The notes under the pieces: model-generated
What the model was told of the DNA's origin: nothing
The model's database searches: none
The model's input: only the letters and a program-made list of their open reading frames with translations
Shown: piece by piece, positions 9,321 through 18,619 of the stretch
How the letters are laid out: every line of letters begins with the position of its first letter
How positions within the stretch are numbered: the first letter of the stretch is position 1
Assembly: GCA_046756565.1 (NCBI GenBank)
Contig: JBHHWO010000004.1
Span: 1-63,984 of the forward strand
DNA length: 63,984 nt
Source of the DNA: Thermoanaerobaculia bacterium
GTDB taxonomy: Bacteria; Acidobacteriota; Thermoanaerobaculia; Multivoradales; JAHEKO01
Reading direction: 5' to 3'
Position numbers and translations under genes: made by a program

Positions 9321-10160
9321 CTAGTGCTCGAAGGCCGATAGCGGCAGGATGCTCCCGGGCGGCCGCGAGAGGAGCGCCCGGGCCTGTGCGTTCGCGGGCC
9401 GGCGAATCACCGGGTCCTTCGGATCCGACTGGGGCGGCCGGATCGGTTCGCCGCGAAAGATCCAACCGCTGCCGGCAAAGCCGGCCCCGACTCCGATGAA
9501 GGGATATGCCACGGTGCCGAGAGTGGTAAGCCGCGTGCGAACCGGCTCGTCCCGTTCGCGGCGCGCGCGCGTCCGCTCGAGCTCCGCCTCGGCGAGCCGC
9601 TCGATAGCCCGGGTCAGGCCCTGCGCGACATCCCCCGTGCCCGAGTCCCAGGGACCGTGGCTCGCGGTTCGCCGGGCCGGCGGATCGCCCTGCCCGGCGG
9701 GGCGCTCGGAGCGCGGCGGAGCCTGACGGCCGTGCGACCAGATGCCGGATTCGGTCTTGAAATAGAAGTCGATCGACGCCATCAGTGGAGCCAGCCCGTC
9801 GAGCTGAGGCTCGAGCTCACCGGCCATCAACAACGCCTCGCGGAAGCCGTGTCCGACCCCTTGGGCGCGGGCCCACCGCGCCAGGTCGAGCCAATCTACG
9901 CCGGTGGCGACGCCGGCTCCATCAAGCGCGTCCTTGCGCTCGAAGTACTCTTCGAGCGCACCCTTCGTCCTCTCGACCTCGGCGACCCAGCTCAGCGGGA
10001 GACTCATCTCGCCGGACGCCAGCCGGAACTGGATGGAGCTGTCGGTCTGCTCCACGATGACGACGTCGTCGAAGCTCTTGCCGTTCTCCAGACGGATCCG
10101 GTCGGCCCCGGCCGCGGCCGGCAGCAGAACGAGACCGAGAAGCAGGGCTATGCTCCGCAT
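9321..10160 (-). CDS. Secreted hypothetical protein
   Basis: 279-aa ORF with a clear signal peptide (MRSIALLLGLVLLPAAAGA). Coding-like composition. There is a Gly-rich hydrophobic segment near the C-terminus (YPFIGVGAGFAGSGWIF). I recognise no motif. Confidence 0.6.
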   Translation of the reverse strand: MRSIALLLGLVLLPAAAGADRIRLENGKSFDDVVIVEQTDSSIQFRLASGEMSLPLSWVAEVERTKGALEEYFERKDALDGAGVATGVDWLDLARWARAQGVGHGFREALLMAGELEPQLDGLAPLMASIDFYFKTESGIWSHGRQAPPRSERPAGQGDPPARRTASHGPWDSGTGDVAQGLTRAIERLAEAELERTRARRERDEPVRTRLTTLGTVAYPFIGVGAGFAGSGWIFRGEPIRPPQSDPKDPVIRRPANAQARALLSRPPGSILPLSAFEH

Positions 10161-10258
10161 CGACGCTTGGTTATGCTATCACCCCTTCGGCGGCGGCCTG
10201 CACGGCCGTCCGGAAGCATTACGCTATAATTATCGGTCACGCCTCACCTTTCCGGCCC

Positions 10259-11467
10259 ATGCCATCGACAAGTAATCGACAAGCATCGATCGACTCCAGA
10301 CGTATAGCTCTGGAGCGCGAGATCACGATCCGCGTGCCCAGGTTCGACACCTTCGTCACCGAGTACTCCAGCAACATCTCCACCACCGGGATGTTCATCG
10401 TCTCCGACAAGCCGCAGGCTCCGGGCACCACCTTCGGCTTCGAGTTCAGCGTCGCCGACGACTGGAAGCTCATTCGCGGCAAGGCGCAAGTGGTCTGGGC
10501 CCGCTATCGCGATGAGGGCGGTGAACGCCCAGCCGGTATGGGCGTCCGCTTCGTGGAGCTGGACGCGCAGAGCCGGCGGCTCATCCGCTGGATCGTGGAG
10601 AAGCATATCCGCGAGGGTGGCAAACCCTTCGAGTTGGACGAGCTTCGCAACGTCATCGACGAGGCGTTGGAGGAGGTCGTCGACACCGATGAGGTCCCGC
10701 CCTCCGCGCAGACTCACGGTCCGAGCAAAATCGTGACGGCAGGCTCGACCAGACCGGTCGCACAGCGGCCGGTCGCGAGTCGACAGACCTCCGAGCGCAA
10801 CATCGTGCCGTTGGTGGCGACGGCGGGAGCCATCGTCGTCGGGCTCGTCTTTCTCTTCTGGCTCACGGAGTGGCTGCCCTCACGGGACGAAGGCGAACAG
10901 ACGGTCGCTGCTGGCGACGCAACCGGTGTCTCGCAGGCCGCCTCGACCGGAGTGGATGGAAACGGCGACGGCGCGGCCACCGCCGGCGGGGACGCGTCGT
11001 CCGAGGGCGAGCCCGACGGAGGTGCCGTCCAGGGATCCGGCACCGGCGGCAACGGCGCGCCGATTTCGACCCCGGGTGACCCGGCCGCCGATTCCGCTTC
11101 CGACGACAGCGGCGGACCGCCGGTCGGATCGGCCTACGCCGGAATTCGACAGGCTCTTTCGGACTGGTCTTCGGCCTGGTCGAATCAGGACGTCGATGGC
11201 TACCTCGCTGCCTACTCGCGGGAGTTCGAGCCTCCGGGCACGACTCGAGCCGCGTGGCAGACCTTGCGCCGCGACCGGATCACGGAGCCGAGGTTCATCA
11301 GGGTCTCGATCGCCCGGTTGGACATCCAGCGCGTACAGGACAACCTGGTCACAGCGAGCTTTTCTCAGAGCTACCGGTCGGACCGGTTCTCGGACACGGT
11401 CGGCAAAGAGCTCCAGATGGTCTGGGAAGACGGCGGCTGGAAGATCTGGCGCGAAGCCGCGCGCTAG
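10259..11467 (+). CDS. PilZ-domain (TIGR02266-like) / TM / NTF2-like (Cds6-type) domain protein
   Basis: The N-terminal PilZ has RRIALER...NISTTGMFI...GMGVRFVELD. One TM helix follows (LVATAGAIVVGLVFLFWL), then a Gly/Asp/Ser-rich linker. The C-terminal domain of about 105 aa (WSSAWSNQDVDGYLAAYS...WKIWRE) is paralogous to the C-termini of the genes at 57765 and 58977. Confidence 0.8.
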   Translation: MPSTSNRQASIDSRRIALEREITIRVPRFDTFVTEYSSNISTTGMFIVSDKPQAPGTTFGFEFSVADDWKLIRGKAQVVWARYRDEGGERPAGMGVRFVELDAQSRRLIRWIVEKHIREGGKPFELDELRNVIDEALEEVVDTDEVPPSAQTHGPSKIVTAGSTRPVAQRPVASRQTSERNIVPLVATAGAIVVGLVFLFWLTEWLPSRDEGEQTVAAGDATGVSQAASTGVDGNGDGAATAGGDASSEGEPDGGAVQGSGTGGNGAPISTPGDPAADSASDDSGGPPVGSAYAGIRQALSDWSSAWSNQDVDGYLAAYSREFEPPGTTRAAWQTLRRDRITEPRFIRVSIARLDIQRVQDNLVTASFSQSYRSDRFSDTVGKELQMVWEDGGWKIWREAAR

Positions 11468-11486
11468 GCGATCCGGCTCCGACGCC

Positions 11487-12506
11487 TTACTCGATCGGTC
11501 GCTCAGGCGCTCGCCGGGAGAAAAAGCGCTTCCGCGGAGGCTCGGCTCCATGCCGGAAGATCTCGCGACGCGCGCCACCCCGGGACGAGCGCTTACGCAA
11601 CCCGGTCTTGGGATCGATCCAGCGCTCGACGACAGCTCGCGGCCGGGGCGCCGACCAGGGGCGCAGCGCGACGGCGCTGTTCCGCGCAAACGACCGCCAG
11701 ATCGGTGCCGCGGCCTCACTTCCGCTCAGCCCCAGGGAGCCGTCCTCGTCCAGCCCAACCCATACCGCCACCACCATCGATCCCACCGCTCCCACGAACC
11801 AGGCATCCCGCTGCTCCGAAGACGTTCCCGTCTTGCCGACGACTTCCTGACCGCCGAAGGCCACGGCGCCAACAGCTGCGCCACCGGATTCCCGAAGGAG
11901 ATCTCTGACCAGGTAGGCCGTCGACGGCCGACCGACTCTCGAAGACCGAGGCTCCGATCGACCGAGACGGCGACCGGCGGAGGTCGATGCGCGCGCGACG
12001 ACTCGAGGGTGACGGCGCCTGCCCAGGTCGACGAAGGTCGTGAAGGCCGAGGCCAGTTGACTCGGCGTCACCTCCAGAGCGCCCAATACGAACGACGGCG
12101 GCGGCGAATCGGGCACGTCGAGTCCGGCCGTCCGAAAACGATCGGCGGTGGCATCGAAGCCACACCAACGGGCGACCCGGACGAGCGGGACGTTGAGCGA
12201 GTCGACGAGCGCGGTTCGCAGATCCACCACGCCTCGATGCCGCAGGTCGGGGTTGACCGGGTTCCAGTCTCCGCTTGGAAGCGCAATGGTCATCGGCCGG
12301 TCGACCACCCGCCGGGAGTTGTACAGAGTCTCGCGGTCTCCGCAACGTTCAAGCGCCTCGAGCAGAACCAAGGGCTTGACCGTTGAGCCTGGCTGCCGAC
12401 GGGCGAACCGAACCCGGTCGAAGTCGTCGCGCTTGGCCGGATCTCCCCCCACCGCGGCGAGAACGTCGCCGGTCAAGCCGTCGACCGCCACCAGCGCCGC
12501 GGACAC
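11487..12506 (-). CDS. Class A PBP, transpeptidase half (downstream of an in-frame TAA)
   Basis: SxxK is present as GSTVKP, SxN as DSLNVP and KTG as GKTGTS. The track start is a GTG only 14 codons after a TAA. That TAA is in the same frame as the glycosyltransferase half. Confidence 0.8.
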   Translation of the reverse strand: MSAALVAVDGLTGDVLAAVGGDPAKRDDFDRVRFARRQPGSTVKPLVLLEALERCGDRETLYNSRRVVDRPMTIALPSGDWNPVNPDLRHRGVVDLRTALVDSLNVPLVRVARWCGFDATADRFRTAGLDVPDSPPPSFVLGALEVTPSQLASAFTTFVDLGRRRHPRVVARASTSAGRRLGRSEPRSSRVGRPSTAYLVRDLLRESGGAAVGAVAFGGQEVVGKTGTSSEQRDAWFVGAVGSMVVAVWVGLDEDGSLGLSGSEAAAPIWRSFARNSAVALRPWSAPRPRAVVERWIDPKTGLRKRSSRGGARREIFRHGAEPPRKRFFSRRAPERPIE

Positions 12507-12548
12507 CTGACCGGCGTTTGGACCGGGGAAGGCGTTTCCTGACGCGGA

Positions 12549-13328
12549 TTAGTCCGTGGAGGACCGACTCTCGCGCCCCCGCCTGAGCTGCGGATCCAGC
12601 GTCGTCTCGACGATCAGCCCCCGGTCGGAGCGAGCGCGGCGCGGCGCCACCGCCTGGAGATCCTCGCGAATCCAGGCCAGCGTGCTCGGCAGTACCGAAG
12701 CCCCGAGCCGTCCCCGCCGAATCGACGGAAGCCCGGCCTCCCAGGCGCGGCGTATCCGTTGCGGCGATACCCACTCCAATTCTTCGAGCCGATCCAGGAC
12801 GGCCCTCTGCCTGCCCAAGGCGCGTTCCGCGTGTCGTCTCGGATGAAGCCGATTCGGACCCTGAATCACCGCCGCTAGGAGCGCGGACTCGCCGACCGTC
12901 AGATCTTCGACTCGCTTGTTGAAATAGGCCCTTGTCGCGGCACGGAATCCGTAGAGGGAGGACCCGTCCAGGTGCCCCATGTACACCGAGTTGAGATACG
13001 CCTCGAGAATCGCCTCCTTCGAATACTCCGCCTCGAGTGCGACCGCTCGAACCGCTTCCGAAACCTTGCGACCCAGCGTGCGCCGAGGAGTGAGATCGCG
13101 AATCTTCACCAGTTGCTGGGTGATCGTGCTGCCGCCCTGCTTGACCCGGCCCGCCTTGGCGTTCTTGAGAACCGCGCGAGCCACCGACCTCGGATCCACG
13201 CCTCCATGATCGAAGAAACGGGCGTCTTCGATCGCCAGCACGGCTCGCCAGGTGTACTCGGGGAAGGCCTCGAAGGCGACCCAGGACCGGGGAGCCCGCT
13301 GCTCACTCAAGCTCTCGGCGAGAAGCAA
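12549..13328 (-). CDS. Class A PBP, GT51 transglycosylase half (ends at an in-frame TAA)
   Basis: GT51 motifs are present: AIEDARFFDHGGVD, GGSTITQQLVK, RKVSEAVRAVALE, ILEAYLN.VYMG. The TTG at 13328 is only the first possible start after a stop. The frame stays open and PBP-like upstream to 13626 without any start codon. Confidence 0.8.
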   Translation of the reverse strand: MLLAESLSEQRAPRSWVAFEAFPEYTWRAVLAIEDARFFDHGGVDPRSVARAVLKNAKAGRVKQGGSTITQQLVKIRDLTPRRTLGRKVSEAVRAVALEAEYSKEAILEAYLNSVYMGHLDGSSLYGFRAATRAYFNKRVEDLTVGESALLAAVIQGPNRLHPRRHAERALGRQRAVLDRLEELEWVSPQRIRRAWEAGLPSIRRGRLGASVLPSTLAWIREDLQAVAPRRARSDRGLIVETTLDPQLRRGRESRSSTD

Positions 13329-13659
13329 CGGATCGAGGGAGATCTCCCGGATGGTGGCCCCTTCGGCGCGGAGCTCCTCGACGCGCCCGGACGACGAATC
13401 CAGGTCGGATCTCGACCAGGCGCGGCTCCTGCGCGGGACGACCGGCGCGGCTCGAGCGGCGAAGATAGATCCAGAAGCGCTCGAATCCCCAGAAGAACTC
13501 GCCCGGTGCCTTCGGCCTGCCCCGAACCCGTCTATAGCCGCGCGACTTGAGCCGGTCCGGCAGGACCAGAGGCGGCCATCGCCAGCAGAGCGCCAGAAAG
13601 TCCGCGAGTAAGGTGGCGCTCCGCTTCACGCCCCTTTTCCTAGGCAACCTCCGTGCCAT
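13303..13659 (-). pseudogene. Possible displaced N-terminal segment of the same PBP gene, in a different frame
   Basis: An ATG ORF (MARRLPRKRGVKRSATLLADFLALCW...) lies directly upstream of the GT51 half and overlaps it in another frame. The basic N-terminus fits a PBP cytoplasmic tail. No clean TM helix is present in any frame. Confidence 0.3.
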
Positions 13660-13691
13660 CGGAGCGGCGCCATTCGAGCGTGCGAGCGCCG

Positions 13692-14459
13692 TCAGTCCGC
13701 GATACCCGCGCCGTACAGCAGGCGGGCGTTCGCCGTGGTCGCTTCGGCGACGGCCTCGACCGGCAACGCCTTGAGATCGGCAACGACCTCGAGAGCGGTC
13801 ACCACGTTTGCGGGCTCATTTCGTTCCCGCGGATCCGGACCCAGAACCGGGCTATCGGTCTCGAGGAGAATATGCGAGAGCGGAAGTCGCGTCGCCAGCT
13901 TTTGTTTCTGCGGCGACCTCACCACCGAGGGCGGTACCGAGAAGAAGAAGCCCGCTTCGGTGCCGGCGTGGGCTCGAGAGGCCTTGCCGTCGAAGGCGTG
14001 CATCTGTACGCGCCGCGCGTCGCGCTCCAGCAAGAACGCGATGGCGTGATGGCCGGCCGACCGGGAGTGGACATTGAGCGGTAGGTCGAGATCCAGAGCC
14101 AAATCGATGAACCGCCCGAAGATCTCGCGCTGCAGCTCGCGGCCCGACTCGTCCTGGACCCTCCAGTAGTCCAGGCCGACCTCCCCTATCGCCACCCAAC
14201 GGTCTCGCCGTTCGCGGATAAAGGCCTCGAGCTTCCGAGCAGCGGCTTCGTCCAGTAGCGCCGGGAACAGACCGGCCGCGGGCGCAACCAGATCGGGATG
14301 GCTCTCGGCCAGCTCGAGATTCCTACGGGCATCCGCCATGTCCTCTCCCACCGCGACGACTCGAGCCACTCCCGCATCAGAGGCGCGTCCGAGAACCGCA
14401 TCCAAGTCCTCGGCGAGCTCAGGGGCACAGAGATGGGCGTGAGTGTCGACGAGTTGCAT
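13692..14459 (-). CDS. TatD family metal-dependent hydrolase
   Basis: The sequence starts MQLVDTHAHL. Other TatD blocks are IGEVGLDY, PLNVHSR and LLETDSP. Confidence 0.9.
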   Translation of the reverse strand: MQLVDTHAHLCAPELAEDLDAVLGRASDAGVARVVAVGEDMADARRNLELAESHPDLVAPAAGLFPALLDEAAARKLEAFIRERRDRWVAIGEVGLDYWRVQDESGRELQREIFGRFIDLALDLDLPLNVHSRSAGHHAIAFLLERDARRVQMHAFDGKASRAHAGTEAGFFFSVPPSVVRSPQKQKLATRLPLSHILLETDSPVLGPDPRERNEPANVVTALEVVADLKALPVEAVAEATTANARLLYGAGIAD

Positions 14460-14485
14460 CCTGGGTCAGAATACCGGACACCTGG

Positions 14486-15517
14486 ATGCCGCAAGCCCGT
14501 CCGATCGTGTCTGTCCTCCTGCCCGTACGCGATGGCGCAGAGCACCTCGAGGAATGCCTCGCGAGTCTCAAAGCCCAGACGCTCGAGGAGTTCGAGATCG
14601 TCGCGGTCGACGACGGATCCATGGACGCCACCGGCGAGATTCTGGCCGCATGGCACCGCGAGGACGATCGCCTGCGGGTGATCCCCAACCAGGCACCTGG
14701 CTTGATCGCAGCCCTCAACCTGGGACTCGAGCAATGTCGCTCGAATCTCGTCGCCAGGATCGACGCCGACGACCGGGCCCATCCGGATCGACTCCTGCGC
14801 CAGGTCGAGCTGTTGCGGGCCGACCCCGGCCTGACCGTCGCCGGCTGTCTCGTCGAACACTTCGCCGAACAGGAGGTCGGCAGGGGCCTGAGAATCTACG
14901 AGCGTTGGCTCAACTCGCTGCTGACTCACGAGGAGATCCTGCGCGAACGATTCATCGAGAGCCCGATCCCCCATCCCGGAGCGATGTTCCGGCGCACCGC
15001 GATCGTCGCCGCCGGCGGCTACCGGGACCTGGGCTGGCCCGAGGACTATGATCTCTGGCTCCGGCTGGCGGCTTCGGCCCACCGCTTCGGCAAGGTACGC
15101 GAGGTTCTCCACTTCTGGCGGGACCGCTCCCTCCGCATGACTCGCACCGATCCACGCTACTCTGTAGAGCGATTTCTGGAGTGCAAGGCAGAGCACCTCG
15201 TGCTCGGGCCGCTCGAGAAGTGCCGAGAACTGCTCGTCTGGGGCAGCGGCCAGACCGGCCGCCGTCTGACCAAGCATCTCGTGCGACGCGGCGCGCCGCT
15301 TGCCGCCTTCATCGACATCGACCCGGCCAAGATCGGGCGAACCGTCCGCGGAGTCGAAGTCCTGGCGCCACTCGCTCTCGAGCGGTTCGCGGCCAGGCGA
15401 GGCGACGGCTTGATCATTCTCGCCGCAGTGTCCTCGCGCGGAGCCCGGGCCAAGATCCGGACCGCCCTCGACGCCGGCGGCTGGCGGGAGACGATCGACT
15501 ATTGGTGCGCTGCCTGA
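14486..15517 (+). CDS. Family 2 glycosyltransferase with a C-terminal Rossmann-like extension
   Basis: GT-A signature is VSVLLPVRDGAEHLEECLASL..Q...EFEIVAVDDGSMD. The C-terminal stretch reads LLVWGSGQTGRRL...FIDIDP.KIG. Confidence 0.85.
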   Translation: MPQARPIVSVLLPVRDGAEHLEECLASLKAQTLEEFEIVAVDDGSMDATGEILAAWHREDDRLRVIPNQAPGLIAALNLGLEQCRSNLVARIDADDRAHPDRLLRQVELLRADPGLTVAGCLVEHFAEQEVGRGLRIYERWLNSLLTHEEILRERFIESPIPHPGAMFRRTAIVAAGGYRDLGWPEDYDLWLRLAASAHRFGKVREVLHFWRDRSLRMTRTDPRYSVERFLECKAEHLVLGPLEKCRELLVWGSGQTGRRLTKHLVRRGAPLAAFIDIDPAKIGRTVRGVEVLAPLALERFAARRGDGLIILAAVSSRGARAKIRTALDAGGWRETIDYWCAA

Positions 15518-15552
15518 GGGAGAGAGGAACCCGAGCTCCGATCGCTGCGAAG

Positions 15553-16470
15553 TCAGCTCCGAATCCGGTGCCCCCCGGTATAGACGTTGAAGCGGCCATC
15601 GCGCACGAATCCGCTCAAGGTCATGCCGAAAGCCTCGGCCGTCTCGATCGCCAGGCTGCTCGGCGCGCCCACCGCCAGCATGACGGCGATGCCGCCCGCC
15701 ATCGCCTTGTGGACCAGCTCGAAGCCGGCGCGACCGCTGACGAGCAGGATGCTGTCCGAGGCCGGCAGCCGGTCGTCAAGAAGCAACCGTCCGATCACCT
15801 TGTCGAGGGCGTTGTGCCGCCCGACATCCTCCCGGAGCAGCTCCAGCTCTCCGGTGCCGGAAAAGAGACCGCAAGCATGCAGTCCGCCGGTCTCCGCGAA
15901 CACGCTCTGGGCGGACCGCAGAACTTCCGGCAGAGCGCGGATCACCGCTGGCGCGATCACAAGGTCGCTCACCGGTGCCGCCCCTCCCATCGCCTTCAAC
16001 TGCTCGATTGACTCCTTGCCGCAAACGCCACAGCTCGAACTCGTGTAACCGCTTCGGCGATGATCTTCCGGATCGAAGCCAACGCCCGGCGCCAGGTGAA
16101 CTTCCATAGTGTTGTCGACGCCCTCGGCGTCCGCGTCTTCGCATCGGCCAGTTCTCCAGATGTCCAATGGCCGCGACACGATTCCCTCAGCGAGCAGTAA
16201 GCCGCAGGCGAGCTCGGCATCGTGGCCGGGAGAGCGCATGGTCACTGCATAACGATGACTGCGGCGCGACCCACCGGCCTCCGCGAACAGGCGAATCTCG
16301 AGGGGCTCTTCGACGGCGACCAGATCGTCGCACTTCTCGATTCGGCCTCGAGGATCGGAGCCGCCGTGGATCGCGCGAATCGTGACCTTCGCCGCGGCTC
16401 CAGGCGGGCGATCTCCTCGTCTCGGCAACGCCACCTCAGCCGACAGCCGGCACGACCTCGACGACCGCAT
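15553..16470 (-). CDS. fdhD: Formate dehydrogenase accessory sulfurtransferase FdhD
   Basis: The FdhD hallmark SSSCGVCGKESI is present, with GGLHA, RHNALDK and SGRAGFELVHKA. The ATG at 16470 overlaps the upstream gene by 35 nt, so the start is uncertain. Confidence 0.9.
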   Translation of the reverse strand: MRSSRSCRLSAEVALPRRGDRPPGAAAKVTIRAIHGGSDPRGRIEKCDDLVAVEEPLEIRLFAEAGGSRRSHRYAVTMRSPGHDAELACGLLLAEGIVSRPLDIWRTGRCEDADAEGVDNTMEVHLAPGVGFDPEDHRRSGYTSSSCGVCGKESIEQLKAMGGAAPVSDLVIAPAVIRALPEVLRSAQSVFAETGGLHACGLFSGTGELELLREDVGRHNALDKVIGRLLLDDRLPASDSILLVSGRAGFELVHKAMAGGIAVMLAVGAPSSLAIETAEAFGMTLSGFVRDGRFNVYTGGHRIRS

Positions 16471-18619
16471 CGCGGTACGCCGGAATGCCGCACTCGGGGT
16501 CCGACACGCCCCTTGGAATCAGTACGTTCGCCTCCGGCCAGTACATCATTGCCGTCCCGGGCCGGATATCTCCGATCTCGACACGCGCCGGCAGGCTCCC
16601 TGTCGCCGAGCGCACCAGCACGCGGACTCCTTGCGTCAGGCCCAGTCGATCGCAATCCGGTCCTGCGAGAATCACCGCGTCCCGCCCCGCGCCGACCAGC
16701 ATGTCGCGATCGCCGAAGACCATGCTGTTGAACTGCTTGCCTCGTCGCGTGTTGAGCTTGAACTTGCCGTTGAGCTCGGGAGCCTCGGGCAGGTCGACGG
16801 TGACAAACCGGGCCCGCCCGTCCGGGAACCCGAAGCGGCCATTCTCCGCCAGCAGACGCCCGCCCCACTGGAACTGATCACCCTTCGCTTCGAGATCCTG
16901 AATTCCGTCGTAGAGCGGCACGATCTCGGCAATCTCGCGGCGGATCGCCGCTGTGTCCGCGAAGGTGCAGAGGTCGGCCTCTTCCGGACGAACCCGATGA
17001 GCGAGGTCGACGAGCACTCGCCATTCGTCGCGCGCTTCGTCGATCCTCCGCCCCGGGATCTCGGGACTGAAGATCACTCTACGCTCGGTCGTGGTCTCGG
17101 TGCCGCCGCCCCTGACCTCGTACCGGGTTGTCGCGGGAAGCAACAGCACGACGTCGGACGCCTCTACCAGCATCTGAGGATTCAACACGATGTCGTGATG
17201 AACCCGGAATGGAATCCGCTCGAGGGCACCGCGCACGAAGCTGGGGTCCGGCAGGACTCCGAGCAGATTGCTGCCGACGCAGTAGAGCGCGTCGACGCCT
17301 CCGTCGGCGGCAGCCTCAATCATCTCGGCCGCGAAATGGCCTCTCTGCTCCGGAATAGAAAAACCCCAACGGCGGCCGAGATCGGCGACCGCCGGGGCAT
17401 CCACCGCAGCCCCACCGGGTAGCTGGTTCGGAACACAGCCCATCTCGGCGCCGCCCTGCACTCCCGAGTGACCGCGGATCGCCATCAGTCCGCACCCGGG
17501 CCGGCCGACCATACCCCGCGCCAGAGCCAGATTCGCGATCGCGCTGACATTGGAGACGCCGTAGCGGTGCATGGTGATCCCCATCGACCAGACGAAGATC
17601 GCCCGGTCGCTACCACCGTAGAGGCGAGCAAACTCGCGCATCTCACGGCTCGACACTCCGGATGCCGTCTCCAGCTCCTCGAAGCTCAGCCGCGACAGCG
17701 CTTCGGACAGCTCGCGCCAGCCTGCGGCCCGATCGGCCACGAAGTTGCGGTCGATCCAGCCGTTCTCGTCCATGTGCTTGAGAACGCCCTGGATGAACGC
17801 GATGTCGCCGCCCACTCTCACTTGATAGAAGGCATCCGCGATCTTGGTTCCGACCAGAGCCGAACGAGCCGAGGACGGTACCCAGTACTTCTCCAGGCCG
17901 GGCTCTCGATAGGGGTTGATCACAACGACGCGAGCACCGCGGGCCTTGGCCTGCTCGATGTACTTGATGGCAACCGGTTGGTTGTTGGCCACGTCACTCC
18001 CGAAGAGCACGATCAGCTCGGACTCGATCAGATCCTTGTAGCTACACGTGGTGGCCGCGAATCCGACCGTCCGCTTGAGCCCCAGCGTGCTGGGCGAATG
18101 GCAAACCCGAGCCGAGTTGTCGACATGGTTGGTGCCCAGATACCGCGCCACCTTCTGCGCGACGTAGTAGGTTTCGTTCAGGGTGCCTCTGGAAACGATG
18201 TAGAACGCCCGCCGCTCGGGGTCGGCGGCGCGGAACCGCTCCCCAGCCAGATCCAGAGCCTGGTCCCAGTCCAGCCTCGCAAAGCCCCGGTCACCCCGCC
18301 GCCGAATCATCGGATAAGGGATACGGCCGAGCGCGCGCAGCTCGCGCTCGTTCATCCGACCCAGGCTGGCGCCGTCCTCCGCGAGCGCTCCGTCGAAGCC
18401 GGGCATGGTGTTGAGGCGCAGGAGGCTCAGCCGGATCCAACAGAGATGGATCCCGTCGATCGTCCAGTCCTTCATGCCGGTCGTGCCGAGAGCACAGCCG
18501 TCGCAGACACCGCGGTTGAGGATCTTCCATGCGTATCCGGCCTGACTGCGGTTGTCCCAGATCGCTCGCGCGATCGCCCGATACGGGCCGGTTCTCCGGC
18601 CAAGGAGGTTGCCGCTCAA
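16436..18619 (-). CDS. FdhF/YdeP-family molybdopterin oxidoreductase
   Basis: 727 aa. The N-terminal Cys cluster is GVCDGCALGTTG. Molybdopterin oxidoreductase blocks include SNEAYY-like NETYYVAQK and NSARVCHSPS. There is a C-terminal MopB_CT-like beta-barrel. The TTG start overlaps the mobA stop. Confidence 0.9.
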   Translation of the reverse strand: MSGNLLGRRTGPYRAIARAIWDNRSQAGYAWKILNRGVCDGCALGTTGMKDWTIDGIHLCWIRLSLLRLNTMPGFDGALAEDGASLGRMNERELRALGRIPYPMIRRRGDRGFARLDWDQALDLAGERFRAADPERRAFYIVSRGTLNETYYVAQKVARYLGTNHVDNSARVCHSPSTLGLKRTVGFAATTCSYKDLIESELIVLFGSDVANNQPVAIKYIEQAKARGARVVVINPYREPGLEKYWVPSSARSALVGTKIADAFYQVRVGGDIAFIQGVLKHMDENGWIDRNFVADRAAGWRELSEALSRLSFEELETASGVSSREMREFARLYGGSDRAIFVWSMGITMHRYGVSNVSAIANLALARGMVGRPGCGLMAIRGHSGVQGGAEMGCVPNQLPGGAAVDAPAVADLGRRWGFSIPEQRGHFAAEMIEAAADGGVDALYCVGSNLLGVLPDPSFVRGALERIPFRVHHDIVLNPQMLVEASDVVLLLPATTRYEVRGGGTETTTERRVIFSPEIPGRRIDEARDEWRVLVDLAHRVRPEEADLCTFADTAAIRREIAEIVPLYDGIQDLEAKGDQFQWGGRLLAENGRFGFPDGRARFVTVDLPEAPELNGKFKLNTRRGKQFNSMVFGDRDMLVGAGRDAVILAGPDCDRLGLTQGVRVLVRSATGSLPARVEIGDIRPGTAMMYWPEANVLIPRGVSDPECGIPAYRDAVVEVVPAVG

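Noticed and set aside
10225-10230. Perfect TATAAT hexamer 28 nt upstream of the PilZ gene start
   Set aside because: There is no acceptable -35 element or extended -10 at the right spacing. Promoter consensus for this lineage is also unknown, so the evidence is too weak to call.
10880-12386. 279-aa (-) and 486-aa (+) ORFs across the PilZ and PBP genes
   Set aside because: They give extremely Arg/Pro/Gly-rich translations, antisense or out of frame to genes with clear motifs.
14186-15277. 363-aa minus-strand ORF
   Set aside because: It is antisense to the GT2 gene and overlaps the tatD 5' end. It has no motifs, while the GT-A signature on the plus strand is clear.
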